The translations under genes were made by a program, and so were the position numbers. This document shows positions 26,087 to 40,548 of a DNA stretch of 64,000 bases, piece after piece. How positions within the stretch are numbered: position 1 is the stretch's first letter; every line of letters starts with the position of its first letter. Origin of the DNA: Camelus ferus (lineage: Eukaryota); assembly GCF_009834535.1 (NCBI RefSeq), contig NC_045697.1, positions 64,172,001 to 64,236,000 of the forward strand. Direction: 5' to 3'. Under the pieces are notes generated by a model, which worked only from the letters and a program-made list of their open reading frames with translations, was not told where the DNA came from and did no database searches.

Positions 26087-28497
26087 TCAGCAGGCTAAGA
26101 TCAGCTCTGAGACAGCTCTTGGAACCCTCCTCTAGCTGCCCTGAGATCCAGCCCTACTCACCAGCAAGCCAGCACCAGCATTGAGACACCATGGAATCTG
26201 CAGCCAGCCATGTCAGTAGTCATCCCATCCACCAGCAGGTCAGCACTAAATCTAGGAACCCCAATCCCATAATCAGCCACCCTAGACCCCAGGAACTGCC
26301 CATCAGTGGGCCAGCACTGGCCCCAGGACCCCCTGGGTTCTGCAGCCAGTCACCTCATGACCTGGTCCCACCAACAAATGGCCAAAAGCCTCCACACAAG
26401 GCAGCATCTGGCAACCAATCTGGCAGGGGGCCAATCAAACTTACCAGACTGGCCATAGTAGTCAGCCCACCACACCAGAAGAACCCTCACAGCCCACACG
26501 TGTGGCACCCCTAGAGCATATAGCACTGGTGACCAGAGGGGAGTGTGCTTCTGGGATGCATAGGATGTGCCTGCAAAAGGCAACTTCTCCAAGGTTGGGA
26601 AACATAACCAACCTACCATATACATAGAAATAAAAACAGCAAGGTAGGCAAAGTAAGGCCACAGAGAACCATGCTCCAAATAAAGGAACACAATAAACTA
26701 CCAGAAGAAGAACTATGTGAAGTGGAGATAGGCAATTTACCTAAGAAGGAGTTGAAGATAATAATTATAAAGATGTTCAAAGACTCAAAAGAAGAATGGA
26801 TGAACACAGTGAAAAGCTGAAGAGTTAGAAGATATAAAGAAGAACCAAACAGAGCTGAAGAATAACTGAAATAAAAAACAAACTATAAGGAATCAGCAAT
26901 CTATTAAAGGATACAGAATAACAGATCAGTGAGCTGGAAGACAGAGTAATGCAAATCGTTGAAGCTCAACAGAAAAAAAGGAAAAAAAACATAAAAAGAA
27001 ATTAGGACAGTTTAAGAGACTTCTCAGATCACATTAAGCATACTAACATTAGCATTATAGAGATCCCAGAAAGAGGAGAGAGAAAGGGGCAGAGAACATA
27101 TTTGAAGATACAATAGCTGAAAACTTCCCTAACCTAGGAAAGGAAACAAACATTCAGATCCAGGATGCATAAAGAGTTCCACACAGGATCAACCCAAAGA
27201 GTACTACACCAAGATACATTGTAGGTAAAATGATAAACATTAACCATGAAGAGAGAATATTATAAGCAGAAAGGAAAAGCAGCAAATTATGTACAAGGGC
27301 ACTCCCAGACAGGGAGGACAGAAGGACATCTTCAGAACAGAAGGGAGTGGCATAATATATCTAAAGTGATGAAAGGGAAAAACATACAACAAAAAATACT
27401 CTACCCAGCAGGCTTTCATTCAGATTTGATGGAGAGATCAAACAAGAAAAAACAAAAGAGTTTAGCACCACCAAAAGTTCAGCTTTACAAGAAATCTTAA
27501 AGGGACTTCTCTAGGTGAAAAAGATAGGGCCAAAACCAAAAATAAGAAAATTATTAGGAAAATGATCATTGGTAAAAGCAAATATACAGTAAAGGAAGTA
27601 AATCAACACATAGAAATCTAGTAGGAAGGTTAAAAGACAAAAGTAGTAAAATCATCAATATCCACAATAAGTAGTTAAGGGATACACATAAAAGATGTAA
27701 AATGTGATGTCAAAAACAGTAATCATGGGGAAAAGAGTTAAAAAGGAATGTTATTAAAATGTTTTTAAATTAAAAGATTATCAATTTAAAATAATCACCT
27801 GTATACATAGATTGCTATATATAAACAACATGGTAACCAGGAATCAAAAATATGTAATAGACACACACACACAAAAAGAGAAAGGATTTCAAACGTAACA
27901 CTAAAGATAGTCATCAAATCACAAGAGAAGAGAATAAAAGACAAAGAAAGGAACAAAAAAGAAATAGAAAAAAACTGACAAAATTGTAATAGTACATACC
28001 TATCAATAAATACTTTACATAAAAATGTACTAAATGCTATAGTCAAAAAATATAAAATGGCTGAATGGGTAAAAAACAAGACCCATAGATATGCTGCTTA
28101 TAAGAGACTCACTTCAGATACACACAGACTGAAAGTGAGAAGATGGAAAAAGGTATTCCATGTAAAAAGAAATGAAAAGAAAGCCAGAGTAGCAATACTT
28201 ATATCCAGACAAAATAGACTTTAAAACAAAGACTGTAACAAGAATAATGAAGGACATTGCATAATGATCAGGGAATAAATATAAGAAGACTAAATCACAA
28301 CTGTAAATATATATTCACCCAACATAGAATCACCTAAATACTTGAAGCAAATTTTAACATATATAATGGGAGAAATTGACAGTAAGACAATAATAGTAGG
28401 GGACTTTACCACTCCACTTACATTAATGGACAGATCATACAGACAGAAATTCAATAAGAAAACACTGACCTTAAATGACCTCTGAGAAAAATAGGCC

Positions 28498-28498
28498 A

Positions 28499-28545
<47 letters not shown>
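28498..28545. repeat. (TA)n microsatellite inside L1 ORF2
   Basis: Direct observation. Confidence 0.95.
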
Positions 28546-31500
28546 GGACATTCCATCCAAAAGCAGCATTATATACATTTTTTTCATGTGCACAGGTAAC
28601 ATTGCCAGGTTGGAGCCCATGGTAGGCCACACAATAAGTCTCAGTAAATTTAAGAAAATTTGAATTATATCAAGTATACATTCCAACCACAAGCTATGAG
28701 ACTAGAAATCAACTACAAGAAAAAAGCTGCAAAAAAAAAAAAAAAAAACCCACAATCACATGGAAGGTAAACAATGTGCTACTAAACTATCAATGGATCA
28801 CTGAAGAAATCAAAGAATAAATTAGAAAATACCTGCAGAAAAATGAAAACACAATGTTTCAAAATCTATGGAATGTAACAAAAGAATATTAAGAGGGAAG
28901 TTTATAGCCATACAGGCCTTCCTCAGGAAAACAGGGAAAAAATCTCAAATAAACAACCTAATATTACACTGAAAGGAACTAGCAGTAGTAGGAAAAACAA
29001 ATTCCAGAGTTAGTAGAAGGAAAGGAATTATAAAGATCAGAGCAGAAATACATGAAATAGAGACTTAAAAAATGTAAAATATCAGTGAAATTAAGAGCTG
29101 GTTCTTTGCAAAGGTAAACAAAATTGATAAACTTTTAGCCAGACTCATCAATAGAAAGAGAGAGTCAATAAAATAAGAAATGAAAAAGAAGTTACAACTG
29201 ATACCACAAAAATGTAAAGGATCATAAGAGATTACTACAAATAATTATACACTAATAAATGGAGAACTTAGGAGAAATGGACAAATTCCTAGAAATATAT
29301 AGTCTCCCAAGACTGAAATAAGAAGAAATAGAAAATATGAACAGACCAATTACCATAAATGAAATTGAATCAATAATAAAATGACTCCCTGCTAATGAAA
29401 GTCCAGGATCAGATGGCTCCATTGGTGAATCCTACCAAGCATTTAAGGATTAGTTAACACCTATTCTTTTCAAACAATTTCAAAAAATTGCAGTGGAAGA
29501 AACATATCTGAACTCATTCTAAGAGTCCAGCCTCACCCTGACACCCAAACCAGACAAAGATATCAAACAAAAAAAGGAAAACTACAGGCCAAGATCACTG
29601 AAGAACTGCCACTGGTTGCAGATGGCATGATAGTACTATTCACAGAAAATCCTCAAGATGGGACCAAAAAACCTGCTAGACTTCATCAATGAATAGGTAA
29701 ACTTGCAGGATACAAAATTAGTGTACAGAAATCTGTTGCATTTCTATTTACTAACAATGAACTATCAGAAAGAGAAATGAGAAAATAATCTGATGATTAA
29801 AGCAAAAAGAATAAAATATCTAGGAATAAATCTAACTAAGGAGGTAAAAGATCTATATTCAGAAAACTATAAGACACTGATGAAAGAAACTGAAGGCAAC
29901 ACAAACAGATGGAAAGATATACCGTGTTCATGGTTTGGAAGAACTAATATTGTTAAAATAACCATATTTCTCAAGGCAATCTGTAGATTTAATGCAATCC
30001 CTATCAATATGCCAATGGCTTGTTCACAGAACTAGAACAACCATTATAAAATTTGTATGGAAACACAAAGGACCCCAAATAGCCAAAGTAAACTTGAGAG
30101 TGAAGAACAGAGCTGGAAGTCATGCTCCCTGGTTTCTAACTATACTACAAAGCTATAATAATCAAAAACAGACACATAGATCAATAGAATAAAGTAGAGC
30201 CCAAAATAAACCTACACATTTATGTCAGTTATTTTACAACAATAAAGGCAAGAATATATACTGAGGAAATGACAGACTCTTCAATAAATAGTGCTGGGGG
30301 AAATGAGATAGTTATATGCAAAGAATAAAATTAGAATATTTTCTCACACCATATAAAAACAAATTCAAAATGGATTAAATCCTATATGTAAGACCGAAAA
30401 CCGTAATACTCTTAGAGGATAACACAGGCAAACCATTTGTTGACATATTTTGTAGCAATATTGTTTGGATATGTCTCTAAGGGAAAGGAAACAAAAGCAA
30501 AAATAAACAAATGGGACCTACTTATACTTAAAAGCTTTTTCAAAGCAAAGGAAACCATTGACAAAATGAAAAGACAGTCTCCTGAATGGGAGAAAATATG
30601 TGCAAGTGATATGCTCAATAATGGATTAATATTCAATATATATAAACAGCTCAGATAACACAATATCAAAGAAACAAATAACCTGAATAAAAAATGGGCA
30701 GAAGACCTGAGTAGACATTTTTTCAAAGACATACAGATGACAAAAGGCACATGAAAAGATGTTCAACATTGCTAATCATCAGAAAACTGAAAATCAAGCC
30801 ACAATGAGATGTCAGCTCATACTTGTCAGAAAGGCTATCATCAAAATGACCATAATTAACAAACACTGGTGAGAATGTAAAGAAAAGTGAACCCTTATAT
30901 ACTGTTAGTGTGAATTTAAATTGCTGCAGCCACTGTGAAAACAGTATGGAGTTTCCTCAAAAAATTATAACTAGAACTACCATATGATCCAGTAATTTCA
31001 CTTTGGGTATATATCCAAAGAAAACAAAAACACTAATTTGAAAAGATATATGCACCCCAATATTCATAGTAGCATTTACATTCATGTTATTTACAAATAG
31101 CCAAGATTTGGAAGCAACCCTAGTCTCCATCAATAGATGAATGGATAAAAGAAGATGTATTACATACACATGATGGAATATTACTCAGACTTGAAAAAGA
31201 ATTAAATTTTGCCATTTGCCAAAACATGCATTGATCCAGAGGATACTGTTCTTAGTGAAATAAGTCAGACAGAGAAAGACAAATACTGAATCTTATCACT
31301 TACATGAGGAATCTAAAAATAATACAAACGAATGAATATAATAAAACAGAAAGAGTCTCGTAGATATAGAGAACAAACTTGTGGTTACTATTGGAAAGAG
31401 GGAAGGGGTAGGGGTAACATAAGCATAGGGAATTAAGAGGTACAAACTACTATGCATAACAAAAATAAGCTACAAGGACATATTGTATAGCACAGGGAAT

Positions 31501-32557
31501 GTAACTGATATTTTATAATAACTTTAAATGGAGTATAATCTATAAATATTTCAAATTACTATGTTGTACACCTGAAACTAATATAATATTTTAAATTAAC
31601 CACACTTCAGTAAATAAAACTAAAAATAAATAAATAAACAAATATAATGTAGGGCCTTGAAAGTCATTGTAAGTAGTTTGAAAATTAATCTAAATGCAAC
31701 GGGGAAGCCATTGACAATTTTACTTTTGTGTTTCCATTTGAAGTGATGACTCTGATTCCTGAGTGAAGACAAAATGGGATTGATAAAAAATAATGTAAGA
31801 AAGGAGACAAGACACTGCTGCATAGACCAGAGATGGAATGTTGATGATATGCAGTTAGATTGATGAAGTGGAAATTGATAAAAGTGGATGGATTTGTCAT
31901 ATAATTTGGTGGTTGAATCAACAGAATTTGCTGGTTAAGTGGATGTGGAGGATAAGGCAAAATCAGAAATTGAAAATGGCTCATATTCCAAGCTCAAGCA
32001 ATTATGTGTATAATGAGGCATTTGTCAAGACTGGGGAAAGTGCTATCAAGTTCTATAATAATTGAGGTTGTCACACTGAAGTTACCTGACAATTTAAAAT
32101 CTTAGAGATATGAGGAAGATGTTTTCTTTTTGGTAAGCTTTTCATTATTTTGGTTGTCATAGGTTTAGTTTAATATACATTATCTGATACATAAATTATT
32201 GTTCATTTTCCAGGCTATTATTGAACTACTTTCTTTTGAAACATGAGAGTCTGATATAGAATAAATGTGTGATATTTGAGTGAGACAAGATAAATTCGTA
32301 CCTGCCTCACACATACTTCTCAGTTACTCTACTTTTTCCACTAGTATGAGCAAAACTTTCTTGATATTCATGGTGTTATGATTGGTATATAATTATTGGA
32401 ACAGCTCATAAAACTTGAAAATATTAAAAAAAAAAAAAACCCCAGAGTTAAAAATCATGAGAAATAGGTTACACTGACAAAATATTTTAAGTAAAAACCT
32501 AAGGAAGACATTAATAATTGGTGTCAAAATTTGACAGTTCATTTTGCATTTCTCTAT

Positions 32558-33085
32558 ATGTGAAAGCCAGCCTCCAAGAGAGCTCCAATGATCTTGCCCT
32601 CCTGGTGTTCACTCTCTTATATGTCAGTCTCCTCACACATTTTGTCGAGGAAGGTCTCTGTAACCAGTAGAATATGCCAGAAGTGATGGCATGACACTTC
32701 TGAGGGTAGATCATTAAGATATTGTGTGTTTTTCCTTTCTCTTGGATCAGTAGCTCTGGAAAGCTAGCTGTCATGCTGTGTGAAGTCCACATGGTGAGGA
32801 ACTGAGGTTTCTGGAGAACAGCTAATGAGAGATGATAGCATCCTACTAACAGCCATAGAGGTGAGTTAGGAAGCAGATCTTCCAGTCCTCATCAGACCTT
32901 CCAATGATTGCAGCTCTGGCCAACATCCGGATTAAAACCTCATAAGAAACTGAGCCCTGATTACTAGCTAAGCGATTTCCAAATTCCCAACTTATAGAGG
33001 TTGTGAGAGAGTATTAGTGAAAGTATAATAGTGAGATAATAGTGAAAGTATTAGAGGTAATTTGTTACACAGTAATAGTAATAAT
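32558..33085 (+). mobile_element. MaLR LTR (MLT1E/F-like)
   Basis: Motifs cagcctccaaga...aatgatcttgccctcctgg, ccacatggtgaggaactgagg and taatttgttacacag. Confidence 0.75.
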
Positions 33086-33699
33086 GCACTATTACTTTAT
33101 AAAAAACAGAGGGAATAAATGAATCTTCCAAATCTGTGAGGGTTTTTCTATCCTGGACTAACTCGGAGAAAATATTGGTATGTTTTAGAGATTCAAGTCT
33201 ATTGAAATTATGTAAAATATGTCCGTGTGTTTCTTTTGAGACTTCCAGTTAATGCCTGATTTTGTTGTGCTGAATATGTATATTAAGGGGGAGATAAGGG
33301 AGCCATGAAGTCATGCTCATAGATGAAAGTTCACCTTTGAGGAGGGACTGATGCAGATGTTGGCTGGGAAGGATGTATTAGGACTTTCAATATAATGCCT
33401 GTAGTTAACAATTATGAAAAGTAAAAGTAAAGGACAGTGTTTGTATTCAAGAGTCACAGTCCTAAGTGTCTTATTAAGGAAATCGAAAAAAATGGGGATA
33501 AAAGGTAGAAATGAGATGAAGAGCAAAAAACGTAGGGCAGATTTGGAAAGCGTATTCTGCTGACACCAGATTTGTGAGATGTTCTGTGCAGAAAAAGCGG
33601 TTAGTGAGCTATTTGGAAACCATATGGCATGATCTCATTGAAAAACGCACAGTGAAGATCTGCACAGTAAATAGACCTATTTACCTTACTGTCACCCTC

Positions 33700-34108
33700 T
33701 GTGTTAGTCTGCTTGGACTACTGTAACAAAATGCCACACACCTGAGGGCTGAAGCCACAGAAATTAATTTTGTCAGACTTCTGGTGGCTGAAAGTCCAAG
33801 ATGAAGTTTTAGCAGGTTTGTTTTCTACTGAGGCCTCTCTCCTTGGCTTGTACGTGGCTGCCTTCTCATTGTGTCTTCACATAACCCAGTCTCTGGGCCC
33901 TCCCATTCTCTGGTGTCTCTTTCTGTAAGTCTTTAATCTCCTCCTCTTAGAAAGACACCAGCATACTGGATTAGAGCCTACCCATATGACCTCATTTAAC
34001 CTTAATTACTACTGTAAAGGTCCTGTCTCCTAATACAGTCACATTCTGGGGTGCAAGGGATTAGGGTTTCAATATACAAATTTGGGGAGGGCACAATTTA
34101 TTCCACCC
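33700..34108 (-). mobile_element. MaLR LTR (MLT1A/B-like)
   Basis: Motifs tgtgttagtctgc...tgtaacaaaatgccac, gtccaagat, acctcatttaaccttaattac and acagtcacattct. Confidence 0.85.
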
Positions 34109-35261
34109 ACCTTTCCCAAAATTACTTGACTATGACAACCTATACTAAGATTAAAGGGCATCACTGATGTCTAGGAATTCATCAGTTAGTTCTCAAAGCA
34201 CATTTTGTTTGGGATGGGAAAAAGTAATCCTTTGCACTAAATAGTCTCTAATAAACCAGTCACTTAAAAATTAGCGTCTACTCCAGCAATCTGCCATACT
34301 CATAAGAAAATATATCCTTGCCCATCTATGTCTGTGTGACACAACATGAAAACCGAAATGGTTCCACATAAGACCCTGCTCATTTAAAACAGGTGGAATT
34401 TAGTCCAGAGAAATGGTTCCAAAGTTGTTAAAAGGACAAGAGCGAAGGCAAAACGAGGGGTTGTGGGAGGAACAAAAGGAAGAAAAGTAATATTGAGAAG
34501 TTGCTGCCACTCTTGTTCTGAAACCCACAAGCTTGTGACTGCTGCTGGATTTGGGAGACTTTCTTATACCTGGTTGGGGGTCCACCCCAAAAAATGCAGC
34601 AGTGACCAGTGCTACTAGAGTCAACAAGTGTGCTGCTTGGCCTGCTCAGGCAGCAGGAATTCAAACCTGCCTGACCCCTCCTGTTGCCACAAAGCGGCCT
34701 CCAGCAACTCTCACACTTTCAGACAGAGACAGACCTTTCTCTCTTCTTACTGCCTTGTGACTTCCTACCACAGTTTCCTCTTGGCAGTGCCTAGAGGAAG
34801 CCCCTGACAAGGTAGACTAGGAAATAAAATTGGAGACTCTCAGCTCCAGCAGTTTGAGGTTGAGAGACAGGTAAATAGCTAACATAGCAGTGGAACAGTC
34901 GGTGGTCAACTGTACTGTGTGATTAAACAAAGCAAATGCAGTAAATCATGAAAAATTACAAACAAAATGAAAAATTGCGAATGATGACCGTTTGAAATCA
35001 AAAGATTAAGAAGCCCTTAAGAACACTGAATTAGCTCTCAGATAATTTTGCAAAAATGACCCTCTTCATAGATTTTTATTAAAGTCAAATGTGAAGTTCA
35101 GGATGTGGTATCATATTCCTTGATGTTATTAGCATAATAATGGTACAAAAATTAAAATGTTACTTATTTCTAAAATTAGTACTTATATTACTAACCTGAG
35201 TTTTAATATATACTCCTCTTGACTAATTTCCATTGTTTTTCATTTCATTTTTATGATACAG

Positions 35262-35433
35262 GTGCAAATCAGAATATTAAAATTATTTACCATGCCAGTA
35301 AATTCCCTAAGTGGATTCACATAAATCGGACTTTTTCTACTACAATTCTACTCATAGAATGGAAACTTCTGTAATGCCTATCAACATGCTGCAAAACCAT
35401 TTTTACACCAAATATATTTTGAGGAACATTGAT
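35262..35433 (+). pseudogene. Candidate exon (C-type-lectin-like core)
   Basis: Strong acceptor (ttttcatttcatttttatgatacag) and donor GTAAGA. One frame gives ANQNIKIIYHASKFPKWIHINRTF and another ends YTKYILRNID in phase 0, so it is probably frameshifted. Confidence 0.5.
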
Positions 35434-36879
35434 GTAAGAATAAAAGTCAGATTTGCCACAATGACTGCATTTATATAAACTGGGGAAATTTGGTTTGCTT
35501 TATGACCAATGTGAATTTTCAGAATACTTTTTCAGGAGTATGTGATTAGGAACAGTAGTTTTGTAAGACTAAAATATAAACTAAAGAACTTGTTTGTTCC
35601 TTTTCTAGCCAGTGGTTTTGATATATGTGCCATAGGCTTTGTTTCAATATTAGTATGTTTGTTGCTTATGAGTTCCTAGAGTTTTGTCCTTACATGATTT
35701 AGAATAAGGTTAGCCTTGAGTGTATTTTTGCAGCAATAGGATAATATTTTGTGGAAGATCTGTTCTTACCTTGTGTGTTTTACTGATATCTACATGATTT
35801 GTTTTATTTTATTTTCTATACTGTTATGGGATGTAGACAGATGGTTAAATAAATGCTTCAAGCATATTAAAATTAAACCTGACATTTCTGATTACCTTGG
35901 CAGATAATGCCACTGATTTACCATAATGAAATTTTAGGATACATGATATCAAACTTTTCATTTTTATATAAAATTATTTTCAAGAATAAAAATTATTATT
36001 ATTATTATATGCAAGCTTATATTTGTATGATGACATGACCAACAGCTATATACCCCTATTAATTTTTTCAAGACCATACTATTTAAAATTATGAATCTAT
36101 TTTATTAGTTATAATTTTGAATCTTCAGATGGATTAGTACATTCAGAAACTTAGTAATGTTATCAAGTCTATGAAATATTTAGTGAAAATTCATGTGGAG
36201 CCAGATTTCTGAGCTACGACCTTTTTAGTGCCCAGTGTAAGAACAGACTCTTGGGGGTTTCATTCCTGAAACTATGACTAAGCCATGTTTGGTTGTGCCA
36301 AGTGACTCATTAATCATAGGAAGAATATTTAGGAGGCATGTGGTGATCCATCTGGCAAGTGACCTAGAGAAGAAAGAAATTTGCTCATCTCTACAGTGTC
36401 TACTTTGGAAGTACAGTGTTTTATCTCTGCCACACACACTCACTGTCTTCCTGGGAGGAAGAAAGGGACAGCCTCATCTTTAGATTAACTGAAAGAATGC
36501 CATGGCCATTCTGAACTGTGAAGAGACAGAGAAATAATCAGACATGGGACCAGAATTTAAGATATGCGTTACATTCAGAAGATAAACTGACTTGGTTGGG
36601 GTCACACATGGGATCAATAACAGAGCTGCAGTTAATTGGGCCAGTGTTTAGTTGGAAGATCACTGTACTTGGCTACTGACTAGTGAGTGCCATTATAACC
36701 CCTAAACATTCTTGGAATTCTGAGACATGATGGTAGCATGAACACATTTTAAAATCTGACAATCTACTTCAAACTTATGAGAGGTAAAGTGTTTTTTAAC
36801 TATTAAAGTAAATGTTGATGTATAAAAACAAGATGAAATTTTCCATAAATATATATTAAAAGGAAAGCCAAGCTTCTAA

Positions 36880-37830
36880 GTTGGCATTGAAGTCGCAGGG
36901 TCCTACAAAGGCTGGTGTAAGGGATAGGCTCCAAGGGCTAGAGTTTTAGTGACTGAGACCTGGGGGCAGGTTTGTATTTACCATTGGCATCAGAGAAATG
37001 ATGCTGAGCTCCGTGTTTGAGGTGAAGAGTGGGGGTAAGCTTCCAAATCATAAACAGGAGAAAAATTGTTTTCACCCGTCCTCCTGGAATCCATCAGAAA
37101 ACTTATAGTTGCTTATATCCAGAAAAAGAATCAAAGGCATAAATTAAAGGTCAGAAACATAGCCAGCCTCCTACCCATAGCTAACACAAATTTGGAAATA
37201 TGAACCCCAAAGACCTTGGGATCAACTAATTGATAAAAAGCTTTGAACAGAGAACAGAAAGATCTTCAGGTAGTTTTTAGCTCAAACTAAAATTACAAAA
37301 TTCATTAAGGAATCCTGTGCCACCAAATGTAAACCCAAGTTTCCAAAACAAGCAACAATACATTCAAGAAAATAGAATATAAGAAAAAGATGTAAAATTA
37401 AGCATGATTAAAATTCTCAACTTACAGGTGGAAATAACATCTATTAGAGGTTTTCAATTAATAAGTAAATAAGCTTTAAAAAAGGATCATCTGGTAATAA
37501 TGAAAATGTAGTAACTGGAAAGATGGACAAAATGATGGTCTTGACATACTGAAGAGAGGATATTGACTTAAGAGGTAAAGAGTATTAAACCTGTCTGCAG
37601 GCAACGCTACAGGAGAAATAAAGTTAAGGAAAATACAGTAAAGTTACAGACAGGGAATACTGTCCAAGTTCTTCCAAACCAATGACTAACAATTTTCCAA
37701 AGGAAATAATGGAGAGTATGGAGGAAAAAAAAATGATGAAAAGGAAAATGACTGAAAATTCTCTTGAACAAAAGAACATGATTCTGAAAACTGAAAAAAG
37801 TTCAGTGTTGAATATGACTGAAAAATAACT
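36880..37830 (+). mobile_element. Ancient L1 5'/ORF1-like fragment
   Basis: A-rich degenerate ORF1-like sequence. Confidence 0.45.
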
Positions 37831-38066
37831 TAGGGGGCTAACAACAGAACGGCAGTATTATAGTTATTGAATCTCATGATATTTCCCACAATAACAGAAC
37901 ACACAGGCATAATAAAGCCAACTGATAACTTCTACAACAAAACCAAATGAGATATAACCAATACCATCATAAGAGTGAGTAGTGCCAAATCGCCTACGTC
38001 AGCACTGTGGGGAAAGAAATGGAGTGAAGTCAGAATGGACTCACGATATCCCTGAAAACTAGGCTC

Positions 38067-38502
38067 TGTTATGGGGTGAATTGTGTGCCCCCAGCAAGGT
38101 ATGTTGAGGCTCTAATTCCCAGTGTTCTGAATGGGACCTTATTTGGAAATAGGGTCTTTACAGAGGTAGTCAAATCAAAATGCAATCATTTAGGTGAATT
38201 GTAATCTAATCTAACTAGTGTCCTTACGAAAGGGGGAAATTTGGACACAGAGACATGTACACAGGGAGAATATCATGTGAACATGAAAGCAGGGATCAAG
38301 ATGATACATCTATAAGCTAAGGAAGGTCAAAGATTGCCAGCAAATTAGAAGCTTGGAGATAGTTTCTCCTTCGATACAAACAAAACTTGCCAATACCTTG
38401 ATCTTGGACATCCAGCCTCCGAAATTGTAAGACAATAAATTTCTGTTGTATAAGACACCCAGTTTGTGATCCTTTGTATGGCAGCCCTAGCAAACTAATA
38501 CA
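38067..38502 (+). mobile_element. MaLR LTR (MLT1B/C-like)
   Basis: tgttatgg...gaattgtgtgcccc start, ccttatttggaaatagggtcttt, aataaatttctgttg, and a gcagccctagcaaactaataca end. Confidence 0.9.
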
Positions 38503-40391
38503 GAATCAGATATCAAATTGTCAATACTATTGGGGGGGGGGCGGAGCTCAGAGTCCATCTGAGAACAGCTTCTGAAGAAAGACTCTAGTTTTTTGGTGAG
38601 GGCGAGGAGACCACTAAATGTCATCTGAGTCCTATGCTTTCTTATCAATATGGAAAAGCTTCACTCTAATGGAGAGAATGACCATGTGGTTGAGTCTCCT
38701 AATGTCTCCAGTTTTATATTCCCATCTCTATAATTCTGCAAGAATTTCTGGTGGCTTCTCTGTCCTGTAGCAGTAGCTCTGCCTGGGAAACCCTGGATTC
38801 TCAGCCTCTTGTTCTGCACTCAGAATTGGTAAGTATATCCCAGAGAAAAACCAAATGCAGAATTCTGGCTCAACTCTTTGACCTTCCCTTCTTGGCAATA
38901 TTGATCTTTCTTGTCCTGGCTTTTTGAACAGCTCTCTGATGCCTATAAACGGGTAATTTTTAAAAATCCAACTTTTTTACAGTGCACCCAAAATTTTAAA
39001 TTACTTGTGATTGGAGGTTTCTGTGTATTCTAAACCACTCAAAAGAAGTCAGAAGTTAGTGCTGTCTTATGTTTGAATCAATAAGATGTATTCCAAAATG
39101 ATTTTAAGGCAGTGCCTGTCTCTCATCTGTATCTGTCTGTCTGTCTGTCTGTCTATCTATAATGTATATAAAAAGTATATGCATGGCTCTATATACATGG
39201 ATGTATATATGTGGCTTTCCACATTTTTATTTCCATATTTTTATTAATATGTATGTTTGTATGTTGCTTTTCATATTTTGGTAAGAAGCATTGAGTATGA
39301 CCCGTATATTTTTTGTATAGACTTTGTGAAAATTAATCAATACCATGAAATAACAAAAAAAATACTTAATTTTGTTCTGTATCTTAAAACAGTTGTAAGT
39401 AAAATATTTGATTATACAATTTATAAACATATGTTGTTTCCACCTTTTCAGATGAATTTATTTAATTTGTATTCCAGATCTCCCTCAAAAATCACTATTT
39501 CACACTATGACTCTCAGAGTAAATGAGATAAAAGTATTTCTCAGCATTTGCTTAGTTAGATTTATTTTAAGGAGAAGAGAGAGGGGTCTGGAGTTCCTTA
39601 TTAACATTCAGGTGAGCCTAATCTGCTTGTGTTTGAAGTGGCCCTAGATTCTGTGCTTGAATTTTATATTGAAGCTTTATATCCTTTATATGTTAGACCT
39701 AAATTAACATGCTTAATGCAAATAACAAAGGGGATCTCAAACCTAAGTGTCTTCCAGAAGTTCTTTGGGCTAACTTACAATATGAGAAATACCTGACACA
39801 ATGTAATTTGGCCACACCTTTCTATACTAAAACATGAGAAATTCCTCAGAACTCATAAAGTACAAAACCAACTATTTGACTTCTCTTACTTCTTTTCCAG
39901 ACTTGAAAAATACTGGATATCCTCCCTGTCTTCTCTTCTTGATACGAAGTTTGAATTCAAGGGATGAATCTTATTTACATTAGGAATAAGTTACTCTAAG
40001 AAAAAAAGCAGAAGGATATACTCAAATGCTACCCCTATTCAACCCACTACAACATAAAATATATTTTTTCCCTCCTAAAATTCATTTAAATAGAGCACAA
40101 TTCAGTTCAAGGCAAAGACTGCCTACCAACATAAAGTGTAGTGTTCATTTCCTAATTTTTTCCTTTGTTATATATATTTTTCTTTTTATCCATTAATAAG
40201 AAAATCATTGCAGTACATTAACAATTATTAGCTGTTTACAAACAATCACACTGGCAATTCAGTTGAATGTGTTATAAATTGTTTGCACTCACAAGTAAGA
40301 TTATTCTCCACATGTTATTTGAAAGCTTTGGCACATGATACTCATGAACAATAAGATAAGTTTTGTGACTAATTCCCTTTTTTGCTACCAG

Positions 40392-40548
40392 ACTGGAAAA
40401 TTTCCCATAAATTTTATTTGTGTTTCTGTTTGTGACAACCATCTGCTTAGCCTTCACACCATTTTGTGTTTTAGCCAAGATGAAATTAAAATTGACAGAA
40501 GTACCTACTATAAAAAGACTGCACAGATAACTGGGGAGTGGAACATAG
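40392..40548 (+). pseudogene. Candidate exon (end of lectin-like 2, start of lectin-like 3)
   Basis: Acceptor ttttttgctaccag. Stop-free TGKFPINFICVSVCDNHLLSLHTILCFSQDEIKIDRSTYYKKTAQITGEWNI (ORF 40335-40598), containing an FIC motif. The donor (gtctgc) is weak. Confidence 0.45.

Larger units (their letters stand above)
25260..31637 (+). mobile_element. Near-full-length L1 with C-rich repetitive 5'UTR and an RT-domain deletion
   Basis: 14-bp TSD acaaatataatgta (25246-25259 and 31638-31651), with ORF1, endonuclease and ORF2 remnants, a 3'UTR and a (taaa)n tail. Confidence 0.95.

Noticed and set aside
25233..26691. Several Pro-rich ORFs of 89-142 aa
   Set aside because: They arise from the C-rich L1 5'UTR, where stops are rare, and they lie within or overlap the TSD-bounded L1.
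33561..33670. Short open block FVRCSVQKKRLVSYLETIWHDL
   Set aside because: It has a poor polypyrimidine tract and no recognisable motif.
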